Of a DNA stretch of 64,000 bases, positions 1-8,709 are shown one piece after another. A program made the translations under genes and the position numbers. The notes under the pieces were generated by a model that was given only the letters and a program-made list of their open reading frames with translations, searched no databases and was not told the DNA's origin. The stretch is taken from assembly GCA_021824285.1 (NCBI GenBank), contig JAKAKZ010000003.1, forward strand, positions 571 to 64,570, read 5' to 3'. Every line of letters begins with the position of its first letter. The first letter of the stretch is position 1. Source of the DNA: a bacterium. Its GTDB lineage: Bacteria; Patescibacteriota; Patescibacteriia; SG8-24.

Positions 1-95
1 TCGCGCCTGCGGGCGCGAATTTCGTTTTCGGAGCTTTCAGCCAGGAATCGGACCGCTCAACCAGGCCTTTGCGACGGCGGCTAATCGGCACGCTT

Positions 96-110
96 ATTTT
101 TTGCTATAAT
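96..110 (+). promoter_or_regulatory. extended -10 promoter (TGcTATAAT) upstream of pyk
   Basis: tgctataat at ~102-110. The same TGCTATAnT box recurs upstream of other genes in this window. It lies inside the long ORF track call, so the upstream start at 69 is unlikely. Confidence 0.5.
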
Positions 111-215
111 ATATGTAGTGGCTTTCTCAATGGCCTTTTATGCCGCAGGACGGGTATCCAGCCTGTTTTGCGCCGCGAATCATTCTTGAGCCGATTTCCG
201 GGATTTCCGCCCAGT

Positions 216-1670
216 ATGCGCCCCACTAAGCGAACCAAGATCGTCTGCACCATCGGTCCTGCCTCGAACCAGCCCGATATCCTGGGCCAAATGGTCGCGG
301 CCGGCATGAATGTCGCGCGCCTGAACCTGTCGCACGGCACGCACGAGGAGCACGCGGCCATGATCAAAAGCCTTCGCCAAGTCGGCGAAGAGACCGAAGA
401 GCCGCTGGTCGTGCTGATGGACCTGCAGGGTCCGAAGATCCGTACCGGCCTGCTGCCGAAGGAAGGCGTGGAGCTGAAAGAGAAAGGCGAGGTCGTATTC
501 ACGACCGAACCGAACGCCCAGCTGCCGCGCATCACGCTCACCTACGACGGCCTGCACAACGACGTCAAACCCGGCGACCGCCTCCTGCTGGACGACGGAC
601 TTTTCGACGTGCGCGTGACCAAAGTCCAGGGGCGGGACATTTTCTGCGAGGTGGTGCACGGCGGCGTCCTGTTCTCGCACAAGGGCATCAACCTGCCCAC
701 GGCGACGCTTTCCATCCCGGCCATCACGGACAAGGACAAGGCGGACGTCGCTTTCGGCGTGAAGCAGGGCGTGGATTGGGTGGCCCTGTCTTTCGTCCGG
801 AACGCCAAGGAGATCTTCGACTTGCGCTTCCTCATCCAGGAGCACGAGCGCGAGTTGGGGTCGGAACGGGTGCACGAGCCGCCGATTCGCATCATCGCCA
901 AGATCGAGAAGCACGAGGCCGTGCGGCACATCGACGAGATCATCGATGCGGCCGACGGCATCATGGTGGCCCGCGGCGACTTGGGCATCGAAATGCCGGC
1001 CGAGGAGGTACCGCTGATCCAAAAGCGCATCATCGACAAGTGCCTGGCCGCCGCCAAACCGGTCATCGTGGCCACGCAGATGCTGGATTCCATGACCCGT
1101 AATCCGCGGCCGACGCGCGCCGAAGTCTCCGACGTCGCCAACGCGGTCATCGACCACACGGACGCGGTGATGCTTTCCGGCGAGACGGCCAACGGCAAGT
1201 TCCCGGTCGAGACGGTGGAGACCATGGCCCGCATCATCCGCGAGACCGAGAAATCGCGCTACGACAACGTGGAACCGCCGTCGCACCTCGTCTTCGAGAC
1301 CAAGGGCGACACGGAAAAGGCCGTTTCCCAGGTGGCCAACATCCTGGCCCGGGGCACTGGCGCCAAACTTATCCTCGTCGCCTCGCTCTCCGGCGAAACC
1401 GGCCGTGTCGTCAGCCGGCACCGTCCGGAACTGCCGATTCTCGTGGCGACCGACAGCGCGCGCGTCCGCTTCCAGATGAACCTCTCGTGGGGCATCGTGC
1501 CTTTTATCCTGCCGCGTTGCCGGACCGTGGAAGAATTGGTGGAACGGTCCGTCGGCTACGTCAAAACCAGCAAATTGGCCAGGGTCGGCGACCGCATCAT
1601 CGTGGTAGCCGGCGAGCCCGTCGGCGTGACCGGCGGCGTCAACTTGGTGGAAATCAGGGATATAAAATAG
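216..1670 (+). CDS. pyk: pyruvate kinase
   Basis: MRPTKRTKIVCTIGPAS N-terminus and the MDLQGPKIRTG motif are typical of pyruvate kinase. Start taken at the ATG at 216 rather than the ORF-track start at 69, which overlaps the promoter. Confidence 0.9.
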   Translation: MRPTKRTKIVCTIGPASNQPDILGQMVAAGMNVARLNLSHGTHEEHAAMIKSLRQVGEETEEPLVVLMDLQGPKIRTGLLPKEGVELKEKGEVVFTTEPNAQLPRITLTYDGLHNDVKPGDRLLLDDGLFDVRVTKVQGRDIFCEVVHGGVLFSHKGINLPTATLSIPAITDKDKADVAFGVKQGVDWVALSFVRNAKEIFDLRFLIQEHERELGSERVHEPPIRIIAKIEKHEAVRHIDEIIDAADGIMVARGDLGIEMPAEEVPLIQKRIIDKCLAAAKPVIVATQMLDSMTRNPRPTRAEVSDVANAVIDHTDAVMLSGETANGKFPVETVETMARIIRETEKSRYDNVEPPSHLVFETKGDTEKAVSQVANILARGTGAKLILVASLSGETGRVVSRHRPELPILVATDSARVRFQMNLSWGIVPFILPRCRTVEELVERSVGYVKTSKLARVGDRIIVVAGEPVGVTGGVNLVEIRDIK

Positions 1671-1671
1671 T

Positions 1672-1762
1672 GGCTGGTGGTTAGTGGCCAGTGAATGGTG
1701 ACGACGGGGCCGATAACGGCACCAGTCACCGGACACCAGCCACCAACTACCGCTATACACCG
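1672..1762. repeat. REP-like intergenic inverted repeat (TGGCTGGTGG / TTAGTG family)
   Basis: ggctggtggttagtggcc ... gtcaccggacaccagccacc form an imperfect palindrome. Related copies occur at 9694-9810 and 12219-12291. Confidence 0.5.
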
Positions 1763-1772
1763 CACTCGATTT

Positions 1773-4166
1773 ATGTACGTCAAGAAATTCTCCGAGATTG
1801 ACATGAAGGACGTCGGCGAGACCGGCGGCAAGAACGCTTCGCTCGGCGAGATGGTGCGGAACCTGGTGCCGCGCGGCATTCGCGTGCCTGACGGCTTCGC
1901 GGTCACGGCTACCGCCTACTGGCGGTTCCTGGATGCGTCCGGCCTGCGCGAGAAGATCGCGGCGGAGCTGGCCGGCCTGGACGTGAGCGACGTGGATCAG
2001 CTGGCCGACAAGGGCAGCCGCGTGCGCCGACTCATCCTGGGAGCGGAAACCCCTGATGACCTGCGGGAGGCCGTTGCTGCCGCCTACAAGGAACTCTGCG
2101 CCAAGTACGGTCCGGACGCTGACGTCGCCGTGCGCTCTTCGGCCACGGCCGAGGACCTGCCGGGCGCGTCGTTCGCCGGCCAGCAGGACACCTACCTGAA
2201 CATCCGCGGCGAAGCCATGCTGCTCGACGCCGTGCGCCGCTGCATCGCTTCGCTCTTCACGAACCGCGCCATCGCCTACCGCGTGGAGAAGGGGTTCGAC
2301 CACATGAAAGTCGCGCTCTCCGTCGGCGTGCAGAAGATGGTCCGTTCGGACAAGGCCTGCGCCGGCGTCATGTTCACCATCGACACGGAGACGGGTTTCG
2401 AGAACGCCATCCTGATCAATGGGGCCTACGGACTCGGTGAAAGCGTGGTGCAGGGCAAGGTGACGCCGGACCAGTTTTACGTCTTCAAGCCGTTTTTGGA
2501 TGGTGAACTCCGGCCGATTATCGGCCGTAGCATCGGTTCCAAGGAAACGCGCATCGAATACAGTCTTGAGGGCAGCGATACGGTCAAGACCACGGCGGTA
2601 CCGCCGGAGATGCGCAACCGCGCCTGTCTGACCGATGACGAGGTGCTGCAGTTGGCGCGTTGGGGCAAGCAGATTGAGGAGTACTATTCCAAGCTGGCCG
2701 GCCAGAAGCGCCCCATGGACATCGAATGGGCCAAGGACGGCGTGAGCGGCGAACTCTTCATCGTCCAGGCGCGGCCGGAGACCGTGCAGTCCGAGCGCGA
2801 TCGCGCGGTGCTCGAGGAATACGTGCTCAAGGAGAAGTCCGAGGTCCTGGTCAAGGGACTGTCCGTGGGTTACAAGATCGGCAGCGGCAAGGTGCACGTC
2901 ATCAACGACACGCGCGACATGGCCGCGTTCAAGGAGGGCGAGATTCTGGTCACGGAAATGACCGATCCGGATTGGGTGCCGATCATGAAGAAGGCCGCGG
3001 CCATCGTCACAAACAGCGGTGGACGCACCTGCCACGCGGCCATCGTCTCGCGCGAGCTCGGCACGCCGGCGGTCGTCGGCTGCGGCAACGCGACGGCGGT
3101 CCTCAAGACCGGCATGGAGGTGACCGTCTCCTGTGCCGAAGGCGAGGAGGGTTTCGTGCACAAGGGCCTGCTGCCTTTCGAGATCCGCAAGACCAAGATC
3201 GCCGATTTCGCGCGGCCGAAGACCCAGATCCTCATGAACGTCGCGGAGCCGGACATGGCCTTCGACTATTCCTTCATCCCGAACGACGGCGTCGGCCTGG
3301 CGCGCATTGAGTTCGTCTTCTCCAACTTCGTGAAGGCGCACCCGTTGGCGCTCATCAATTTCGACCAGCTGCCGGAAGGGGAGGCGAAGGCGCAGATCGC
3401 CGAGCTGACCGCGAGCTACGGCGACAAGCAGCGGTATTTCATCGAGCGCCTGGCCGAGGGCGTCAGCCGGCTGGCGGCGGCCTTCTGGCCCCGCGAGGTC
3501 ATCGTGCGCACCTCCGACTTCAAGAGCAACGAGTACGCCAACCTGATCGGCGGGCCGCTCTACGAGCCGACCGAATCCAATCCGATGATCGGCTGGCGCG
3601 GTGCCTCGCGCTACTACGATCCGAAGTACAAGGACGCCTTCGTGCTGGAGTGCGCGGCCTTCCGCAAGGTGCGCGACGAGATGGGCTTCAAGAACGTCAC
3701 CATGATGATCCCGTTCTGCCGCACGCCGGAAGAGGGCAAGAAGGTGCTGGCCGTCATGAAGGAGGCCGGACTGGAGCGCGGCAAGAACGGCCTGAAGGTC
3801 TTCGTCATGGTGGAGATTCCCTCGAACATCATCCTGGCGGAGCGCTTCGCCGAAGTCTTCGACGGTTTCAGCATCGGTTCGAACGACCTGACCCAGCTGA
3901 CCCTCGGCGTGGACCGCGATTCCGCGCTCGTGGCGCGCCTCTATGACGAGCAGAACGAGGCGGTACTCGAGTCGATCCGCCGCGTCATCAAGACGGCCAA
4001 GGCCAAGGGCGTGAAGATCGGCATCTGCGGCCAGGCGCCATCCGACTACCCGGAGTTCGCCGAATTCCTGGTGAAGGAGGGCATCGACAGCATCTCACTC
4101 AATCCGGATACGGTCCTGCGCACCTCGCTCGTCATCGCGGAGATGGAGAAGAAACTGGGGCGGTAG
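1773..4166 (+). CDS. ppsA: phosphoenolpyruvate synthase (pyruvate, water dikinase)
   Basis: ~798 aa with the PEP-utilizer mobile domain GGRTCHAAIVSRELGTPAVVGCG and an ATP-grasp N-terminus. Start at the ATG at 1773 (MYVKKFSEIDM). Confidence 0.9.
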   Translation: MYVKKFSEIDMKDVGETGGKNASLGEMVRNLVPRGIRVPDGFAVTATAYWRFLDASGLREKIAAELAGLDVSDVDQLADKGSRVRRLILGAETPDDLREAVAAAYKELCAKYGPDADVAVRSSATAEDLPGASFAGQQDTYLNIRGEAMLLDAVRRCIASLFTNRAIAYRVEKGFDHMKVALSVGVQKMVRSDKACAGVMFTIDTETGFENAILINGAYGLGESVVQGKVTPDQFYVFKPFLDGELRPIIGRSIGSKETRIEYSLEGSDTVKTTAVPPEMRNRACLTDDEVLQLARWGKQIEEYYSKLAGQKRPMDIEWAKDGVSGELFIVQARPETVQSERDRAVLEEYVLKEKSEVLVKGLSVGYKIGSGKVHVINDTRDMAAFKEGEILVTEMTDPDWVPIMKKAAAIVTNSGGRTCHAAIVSRELGTPAVVGCGNATAVLKTGMEVTVSCAEGEEGFVHKGLLPFEIRKTKIADFARPKTQILMNVAEPDMAFDYSFIPNDGVGLARIEFVFSNFVKAHPLALINFDQLPEGEAKAQIAELTASYGDKQRYFIERLAEGVSRLAAAFWPREVIVRTSDFKSNEYANLIGGPLYEPTESNPMIGWRGASRYYDPKYKDAFVLECAAFRKVRDEMGFKNVTMMIPFCRTPEEGKKVLAVMKEAGLERGKNGLKVFVMVEIPSNIILAERFAEVFDGFSIGSNDLTQLTLGVDRDSALVARLYDEQNEAVLESIRRVIKTAKAKGVKIGICGQAPSDYPEFAEFLVKEGIDSISLNPDTVLRTSLVIAEMEKKLGR

Positions 4167-4203
4167 GATTGTGGAGTCTGGAGTTTGAAGTCAGGAGTTA
4201 AAG

Positions 4204-4234
4204 CAAAAAATCGCGCCTCCGCGCGATTTTTTAT
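4204..4234 (+). terminator. rho-independent terminator after ppsA (bidirectional shape)
   Basis: aaaaaatcgcgc-ctcc-gcgcgatttttt: a GC hairpin flanked by an A-tract and a T-tract. Confidence 0.7.
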
Positions 4235-4323
4235 ATTTCATTAAGGCTGCCCGCCCCCACACTTCCCACTTCACACTCCCTTTGGTAGGTTGAAGCGGTC
4301 CTTTACATCCTGGGAGACCGGCG

Positions 4324-5208
4324 ATGAGCTGGCTCGAAATCCTGCGCCTTCGGGCGGTCCGCCGCAAGTTTCTGATGAACGGCGCCATGATCGCCCTGCA
4401 CTTGGCCCTGGCAATCGGCCTGTACCTGCTCGCCTGGCCGACCAAGGGCTTGGGCACGGCCGCCCTGACGGGGTTCGCCGCCTTCTTTTTGCTCATCACC
4501 ATCCTGCAGGTGGTCGTGCCGCCGATGAGCATCATCCGCAAGGTCCAGCGCTGGCCGGTGACCAGGCGCGAGCTGTCGCCCATCTATTGGGACGCGGCGC
4601 AGCGGGCCGCCGAACGGCTCAACATTGATGTGCCCGGCCTCTTCGAGTTCGACATTCCCGGAGCGGCGGCCCTAAGCTGGGATTTCGCCTTGGCTCGGGG
4701 AATCGGCGTCGAACGCGCCCTCACGTCCGGCTCAATCGGCAGCCAACCGGTGCTCGAAGCCATCGTAGCGCACGAGTGCGCGCATCTGAAGACGTCCGAC
4801 ACCTCTTGGTCCTTGATCGCCCAGAACTGCGCCGGGCTGGCGTTTCTCTTCGCCGACTTCCTGGCTGCATTCGGAGCCGTTCGACTCGTCTTTTTCCACG
4901 GCGGGCTGCTGGAGTTCGTCTGGATCGGCTGCGGTTTTGCCGTCTTCCTGTACCGGCGCCTCCTGTATTGGCGCCTGTGGATGCGGATGCTGCACCTGCA
5001 CGAGTTCTCTTGTGATGCTTTGGCCGCAGAAGTGATCGGCAGCCCCTCGCAAGCCGCCGCCGCCCTACTGCTCCTGGAGCTGCGGGCGGAGAACATCCGC
5101 CTCATGCGGCGGATGGCCGGCCTAGAGGCTCCGGAGCCGGAAGGGAGGGTCTTCCGAACCCATCCACCGGTCGAGGAGCGCGTGGCCGCGCTGCTCGCCA
5201 AACGCTGA
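4324..5208 (+). CDS. membrane zinc metalloprotease-like protein (HExxH; M48/M56-like)
   Basis: N-terminal TM helices and a VAHECAHL (HExxH) motif, with further hydrophobic segments. Family assignment is tentative. Confidence 0.5.
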   Translation: MSWLEILRLRAVRRKFLMNGAMIALHLALAIGLYLLAWPTKGLGTAALTGFAAFFLLITILQVVVPPMSIIRKVQRWPVTRRELSPIYWDAAQRAAERLNIDVPGLFEFDIPGAAALSWDFALARGIGVERALTSGSIGSQPVLEAIVAHECAHLKTSDTSWSLIAQNCAGLAFLFADFLAAFGAVRLVFFHGGLLEFVWIGCGFAVFLYRRLLYWRLWMRMLHLHEFSCDALAAEVIGSPSQAAAALLLLELRAENIRLMRRMAGLEAPEPEGRVFRTHPPVEERVAALLAKR

Positions 5209-5236
5209 CCGGTCCGTTCTGGGCCGGTTTTTTGCT
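5208..5236 (+). terminator. terminator of the 4324-5208 gene
   Basis: gaccggtccgttctgggccggtttttt: a hairpin followed by a T6 run. Confidence 0.6.
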
Positions 5237-5244
5237 TTTGGCGG

Positions 5245-5273
5245 CGGACAAAAAAGACCGCGCGTGGCGGTCT
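5245..5273 (-). terminator. terminator of the minus-strand gene 5284-5607
   Basis: On the minus strand this reads agaccgccacgcgcggtcttttttgtc: a 7-bp GC stem followed by a T-run. Confidence 0.6.
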
Positions 5274-5283
5274 AACTAAGTCT

Positions 5284-5607
5284 TCAGCATTCGTCGATCG
5301 GCTTGAGCGCGAGCACCCGCTCGCAGAGGTCGAGGAACATGACCTGCGTCCGGTTGGTACCGAACCCGTCCTTGACCGTGCCGCGGATGTCCGGGTGCTG
5401 GTAGGCCAAGCAGTCGCGGAAGTGGACTTCCAGCACGCCCAAGACCTCCTCGGACTTGCCTTGGTCCGCGGCGTGCATCAGGACGTTGGTGACGTCGTAG
5501 GACAGCTGCGGGCCGTAGTTGCGGAAGACGGTCAGGCCGCGCTCCCAGTGGGCGAGCAGGCGGTTGCAGACCAGCTCCTCAAAAAGCTGTTCGTTGATTT
5601 CGTGCAT
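5284..5607 (-). CDS. hypothetical small protein (107 aa)
   Basis: Clean ORF with a GGAGG RBS upstream and terminators on both sides. No family recognised. Confidence 0.45.
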   Translation of the reverse strand: MHEINEQLFEELVCNRLLAHWERGLTVFRNYGPQLSYDVTNVLMHAADQGKSEEVLGVLEVHFRDCLAYQHPDIRGTVKDGFGTNRTQVMFLDLCERVLALKPIDEC

Positions 5608-5686
5608 GACCCTACCTCCAAGGTACGGTTAGTTGGTCAGTGGCTCCAACTATCTCGCGTCTTATCAGGATGTAGGCCGGCCGTCA

Positions 5687-5730
5687 ATCGGCAAAAGAAA
5701 TCGCCCCACCCCTATGGGGTGAGGCGATTT
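5687..5730 (-). terminator. long hairpin terminator on minus strand
   Basis: aaatcgcc-ccacccctatggggtg-aggcgattt has a ~14-bp stem. On the minus strand it is followed by ttcttttgcc. Confidence 0.5.
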
Positions 5731-5732
5731 CT

Positions 5733-5790
5733 CTGGCGGGTCCCTCCGTTCGCGAACGGAGGGACGTGTCCGAAGGGATTCCTCCTCACC
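5733..5790 (-). other. rearranged tRNA-Asp-derived fragment
   Basis: ctggcgggtcc + palindromic ctccgttcgcgaacggagggacgtgt + ccgaagggattc. The outer parts match the tRNA-Asp 3' acceptor and T-arm. The insert resembles its anticodon arm (ctccgtgacagggagacgtgt). Confidence 0.4.
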
Positions 5791-5903
5791 CGCGCTCGCT
5801 CGGTGCTGTTGCCCGCGCTCGCGCTCCTTCGGAGCCCGCCGCTCCTCGGACGGCCATACTAGGCAGTCCTCGGAGTCGGCTTCGAATCCCTTCGATACCC
5901 GCG

Positions 5904-5947
5904 CGTCAAAACAAAGACGCCCCGCCACAAGGGCGGAGCGTCTTTGT
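5904..5947 (-). terminator. terminator immediately 3' of tRNA-Asp
   Basis: acaaagacgc-cccgccacaagggcgg-agcgtctttgt has a 10-bp stem. On the minus strand it is followed by a ttgttttg run. Confidence 0.55.
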
Positions 5948-5949
5948 TC

Positions 5950-6027
5950 TGGCGGGTCCGAAGGGATTCGAACCCTCGGTCTTCTCCGTGACAGGGAGAC
6001 GTGTTAACCGGGCTACACCACGGACCC
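5950..6027 (-). tRNA. tRNA-Asp (anticodon GTC), CCA encoded
   Basis: Reverse complement GGGTCCGTGGTGTAGCCCGGTTAACACGTCTCCCTGTCACGGAGAAGACCGAGGGTTCGAATCCCTTCGGACCCGCCA. A full cloverleaf can be drawn: 7-bp acceptor, D-stem GTGT/ACAC, anticodon stem TCTCC/GGAGA with loop CTGTCAC, T-stem GAGGG/CCCTT. Confidence 0.9.
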
Positions 6028-6270
6028 ACGCTTTGCTATAAGCCAGTCGATATAACTTTTCCGTTTCTTTTGTTTGATGTCGTATTCTCGTCTTTTTGCC
6101 TCTTGCGACGAGGGGAAGATCTCCGTGTAGACCAGTTCCCATGGACCCCTTCCTCTAGTGGCAAGACTTCTTTCCGAATTGTGCTCAAGCAATCTTCGGG
6201 TGATATTTTCGGTAACCCCGATATAATATCTGCCCTTACTGTTTTTTATTACGTAGAGGGTGGTAATCAT
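6013..6270 (-). CDS. GIY-YIG nuclease family protein (85 aa, stand-alone)
   Basis: YYIGVTENITRRLLEHN is a GIY-YIG motif. The gene body is strongly AT-rich compared with its surroundings. The last 5 codons overlap the 5' end of tRNA-Asp. Confidence 0.7.
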   Translation of the reverse strand: MITTLYVIKNSKGRYYIGVTENITRRLLEHNSERSLATRGRGPWELVYTEIFPSSQEAKRREYDIKQKKRKSYIDWLIAKRGSVV

Positions 6271-6338
6271 AAGTCCCGAACCCTCGGTCTGGCCGCAGTA
6301 CTGCGGCCCGTGTTAACCGGGCTACACCACGGACCCAC
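6271..6338 (-). other. truncated tRNA-like direct repeat (pseudo-tRNA)
   Basis: Repeats 29 nt of the acceptor-5'/D-arm (gtgttaaccgggctacaccacggacccac) and 13 nt of the T-arm region of tRNA-Asp. The anticodon region differs (palindrome ggccgcagtactgcggcc) and there is no 3' acceptor strand. Confidence 0.6.
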
Positions 6339-6461
6339 ACGTAAACTGCGCTTGGCCATTGTAGAGTAAGGTCAGAAAAATATCAAGCCCCCAGCGGGGC
6401 GGGTCTGGTTTCGGCTTGGCCGGTTGGCGATTGCTCTAATTGGTCCTTTTGGCTGGCGTAA

Positions 6462-6501
6462 GACATCAAAAGAAAATCCCCGACACCAAGCGGTGTCGGG
6501 G
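6462..6501 (-). terminator. terminator of gene 6509-7678
   Basis: ccccgacacc-aagc-ggtgtcgggg is a 10-bp stem. On the minus strand it is followed by attttcttttgatgtctta. Confidence 0.7.
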
Positions 6502-6508
6502 AAGAGGT

Positions 6509-7678
6509 TCATTTTTTCGGGAGGCAGCCGAACGTGACCGTGTTGCGGTCCGCAGAGACCCGGACGATCCGGTCGCAGACCAGCTCGCGCTGGACGGCGG
6601 CCGGCGCGGGTGCGGCAATCGAGGGTTGGCTCTGGAAGGCCAGCCGGGCCAGGCCGTACGCCGATTGGCGCATGCCCGCGCTCATGAGCCAGAACAGTCC
6701 GGCGATCATGACCGTGGCCGCCACGACGATGAGCGGCGCCAACCAGCGCGCCGGCCGCATGGACGGCGGCAGCGGTTCGGGCTTCTCGTCCTTGACCGCC
6801 GCGACCGTCTCGGTCGGTTCGTCCTCCTGAAAGAAGGACTCGGACTCGATGGTGTCGTTGTCCGGCACCGGCTGGCTGACGTCCGATTGCGGCAGGGCGT
6901 CCGGCGAAGGTGCCGCGGCGGGCGGCTCGGGCGGTTGGGGCGCGAGCGCCGTGTCGTCGGTCTTCGACATCTCCGTCGGCACCGGCACGGGATCGGTCTC
7001 GGTCACGGGCTCGGGCTGAACGTCCGGGTCCGTCATCGGAGCGGTCTCCGTTCCGGCCGACTCGGCCGTCGGGGCCTCCGGCTGATCCTGCTGGTCCATG
7101 GAGGACCGCATGATCCGGTCCGGAATCGTCGGCACGGGAGGAGGGAACTCCTCCGTGTCCGACAGATGCGCCGCGAGCACCGCGTCGATCTCATCCGGCA
7201 CGGCGGCCGTGATGACCGGCAGGGCAGGCTCGACCGAAGTGATGATTGGCGGCAGGGGCAGGCCATCGGGCTCGCCCGGCACGTCGATGACATCGGCGGG
7301 ATTGGCCATCGGCACGTCATCGTCGACGTCCGGATCGGCCGTGTCCTCGCTCGCGACCGGAATCACCTCGCCGCGGAACTTCGCGGTCAGGTGCCGGCCG
7401 TTCTTGTCCTTCACCGTGCAGGTGATCTCGTACGGTCCAGGCTGGTCGGCCAGGAGCAGGCAGCTCGACTGGGCCGTCGGCTCGTCGGAGTTCAGCCCGT
7501 GGATCGTCGTCTGGTCCTGGCTCACGTCGATGACGACGCTGCCGGAACGGACGTTCCATACCGTCTTGACGCCGTTGGCCACGTTGCCGTCATCGTCGCT
7601 GACCCGCAGCGCGAGCTCCTCGCTGAACTTGCCCGACATGATCTTCTGGCCGTCGCCGGCCATTTTCTTGATTTTCAT
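6509..7678 (-). CDS. hypothetical single-pass membrane protein with proline/acidic-rich linker
   Basis: Start at MKIKKMAGDG, 50 codons downstream of the ORF-track start. A soluble N-domain is followed by a P/E/D-rich low-complexity region and a C-terminal TM helix (WLAPLIVVAATVMIAGLFWLM). The Arg-rich ORF 6440-7762 on the opposite strand is an artefact. Confidence 0.6.
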   Translation of the reverse strand: MKIKKMAGDGQKIMSGKFSEELALRVSDDDGNVANGVKTVWNVRSGSVVIDVSQDQTTIHGLNSDEPTAQSSCLLLADQPGPYEITCTVKDKNGRHLTAKFRGEVIPVASEDTADPDVDDDVPMANPADVIDVPGEPDGLPLPPIITSVEPALPVITAAVPDEIDAVLAAHLSDTEEFPPPVPTIPDRIMRSSMDQQDQPEAPTAESAGTETAPMTDPDVQPEPVTETDPVPVPTEMSKTDDTALAPQPPEPPAAAPSPDALPQSDVSQPVPDNDTIESESFFQEDEPTETVAAVKDEKPEPLPPSMRPARWLAPLIVVAATVMIAGLFWLMSAGMRQSAYGLARLAFQSQPSIAAPAPAAVQRELVCDRIVRVSADRNTVTFGCLPKK

Positions 7679-7752
7679 CTTCAGCTCTCTTTCTGCAGTT
7701 CGTTGAAGGAAGGGCGTTCCCGCGGAATCGTGCGGGAACGCCGGCGGCCGGT

Positions 7753-8181
7753 CTACTTGTAGTCCACGAGCACCTGGCAGTCCCAGGTGACGCTCGTGCC
7801 CTTGACCCGCGCGTTCTTGAGCGTGCACTTCTGGAAGTCCACGCGCTTCGGGGTCGGAATGTTGACCAGCACCAGATCATGGTCGTCGGCTTCGGTGGGG
7901 GAAGAGGCAGCCGTCGGCTTGTCGGCCTTGGCGTGCTTCTTCGTTCCCTTCGCCGCATGGCTGGACTTCTTCTTGTCGACGTTCGGCGGAGCTGGCAGTT
8001 TGGCGTTGGCCGAACCGTCGGTTCCGTCTTCCGGCACGAGAGGCGCAAGCGCCTCAGAATCCGGGATGGCCACCTTGGTCGCGGTCTTGGTTTGGCCGCG
8101 AAAGCCGATGACGAGCACGACCGCGATGACGGCGAGAACGGCGAGGATGACGAGGAAGTACGGCTGCATCTTCTTGTCCAT
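7753..8181 (-). CDS. hypothetical membrane-anchored small protein
   Basis: N-terminal TM helix (YFLVILAVLAVIAVVLVIGF), a Lys/Ala-rich linker and two Cys residues. Likely co-transcribed with the 6509-7678 gene. Confidence 0.5.
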   Translation of the reverse strand: MDKKMQPYFLVILAVLAVIAVVLVIGFRGQTKTATKVAIPDSEALAPLVPEDGTDGSANAKLPAPPNVDKKKSSHAAKGTKKHAKADKPTAASSPTEADDHDLVLVNIPTPKRVDFQKCTLKNARVKGTSVTWDCQVLVDYK

Positions 8182-8310
8182 TTTTTGCCTCCACTTGTGA
8201 ATGTGCGTCTCCCTTGAGAAGGGCGTCCGAACATGGTTCGGAACCGGATAACTTAGCAGGTTTTTGCGGTTTTGTCAATAATGGCGCAAAGCCCAAGCAA
8301 GCCCATTTCA

Positions 8311-8345
8311 GACGAAAACCAAAACCGCCCCGAATGCGGGGCGGT
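8311..8345 (-). terminator. terminator downstream of rplT
   Basis: ccgccccg-aat-gcggggcgg hairpin. On the minus strand it is followed by ttttggttttcg. Confidence 0.7.
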
Positions 8346-8361
8346 TCAGCTGGTTTCTGGC

Positions 8362-8709
8362 TTATTTCTTCGCCATGCCCACGACCGCTTTGAAGGCGGC
8401 GGGGTACTGGTTGGCGAGCAGCGAGAGCACCTTGCGGTCAATCGTCACATTGGCCTTCTTGAGAGCGCCGATGAGCTTGGAGTAGCTCCAGCCGTTCTCG
8501 CGGGCCGCGGCGTTGATGCGCAGCTGCCAGAGGGCGCGCATATCGCGCTTCTTCAGGCGGCGGTCGCGGTAGGCGTTCTTGCCGGCCTTGAGGATGGCGA
8601 TACGCATGAGCTTCATCTTGCTCTTGCGACCCCACATGTAGCCCTTGGTTTGGGCCTTCAGGTTGCGACGGACTTTGGCATGGATTGTTCCGCGTTTGAC
8701 ACGAGGCAT
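8362..8709 (-). CDS. rplT: 50S ribosomal protein L20
   Basis: MPRVKRGTIHAKVRRNLKAQTKGYMWGRK... is canonical L20. Start at the ATG at 8709, not the ORF-track start at 8805. Confidence 0.9.
   Translation of the reverse strand: MPRVKRGTIHAKVRRNLKAQTKGYMWGRKSKMKLMRIAILKAGKNAYRDRRLKKRDMRALWQLRINAAARENGWSYSKLIGALKKANVTIDRKVLSLLANQYPAAFKAVVGMAKK

Larger units (their letters stand above)
6013..6340 (-). mobile_element. candidate small mobile insertion at tRNA-Asp (GIY-YIG cargo, tRNA-derived flanks)
   Basis: An AT-rich ~240-bp insert carrying only a GIY-YIG ORF, bounded by the intact tRNA and a partial tRNA copy. No integrase is visible. Confidence 0.35.

Noticed and set aside
180-3341. 1053-aa ORF on the minus strand antisense to pyk/ppsA
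   Set aside because: It is Arg/Gly/Asp-rich, a typical antisense artefact in high-GC DNA. The sense strand encodes unmistakable pyruvate kinase and PEP synthase.
4191-4583. 130-aa minus ORF overlapping the ppsA terminator and the start of the metalloprotease gene
   Set aside because: It spans a bidirectional terminator hairpin and is antisense to a gene with a clear HExxH protein. It is likely spurious.
5766-6041. 91-aa plus ORF and 5665-5928 minus ORF in the tRNA-Asp region
   Set aside because: They overlap the tRNA-Asp gene, its terminators and the tRNA-derived fragments. There is no coding signal.
6440-7762. 440-aa plus-strand ORF (Arg-rich) opposite the 6509-7678 membrane-protein gene
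   Set aside because: Composition (RGRG/RR runs) is typical of the wrong strand in GC-rich coding sequence. The minus-strand product has a sensible TM topology and terminator.
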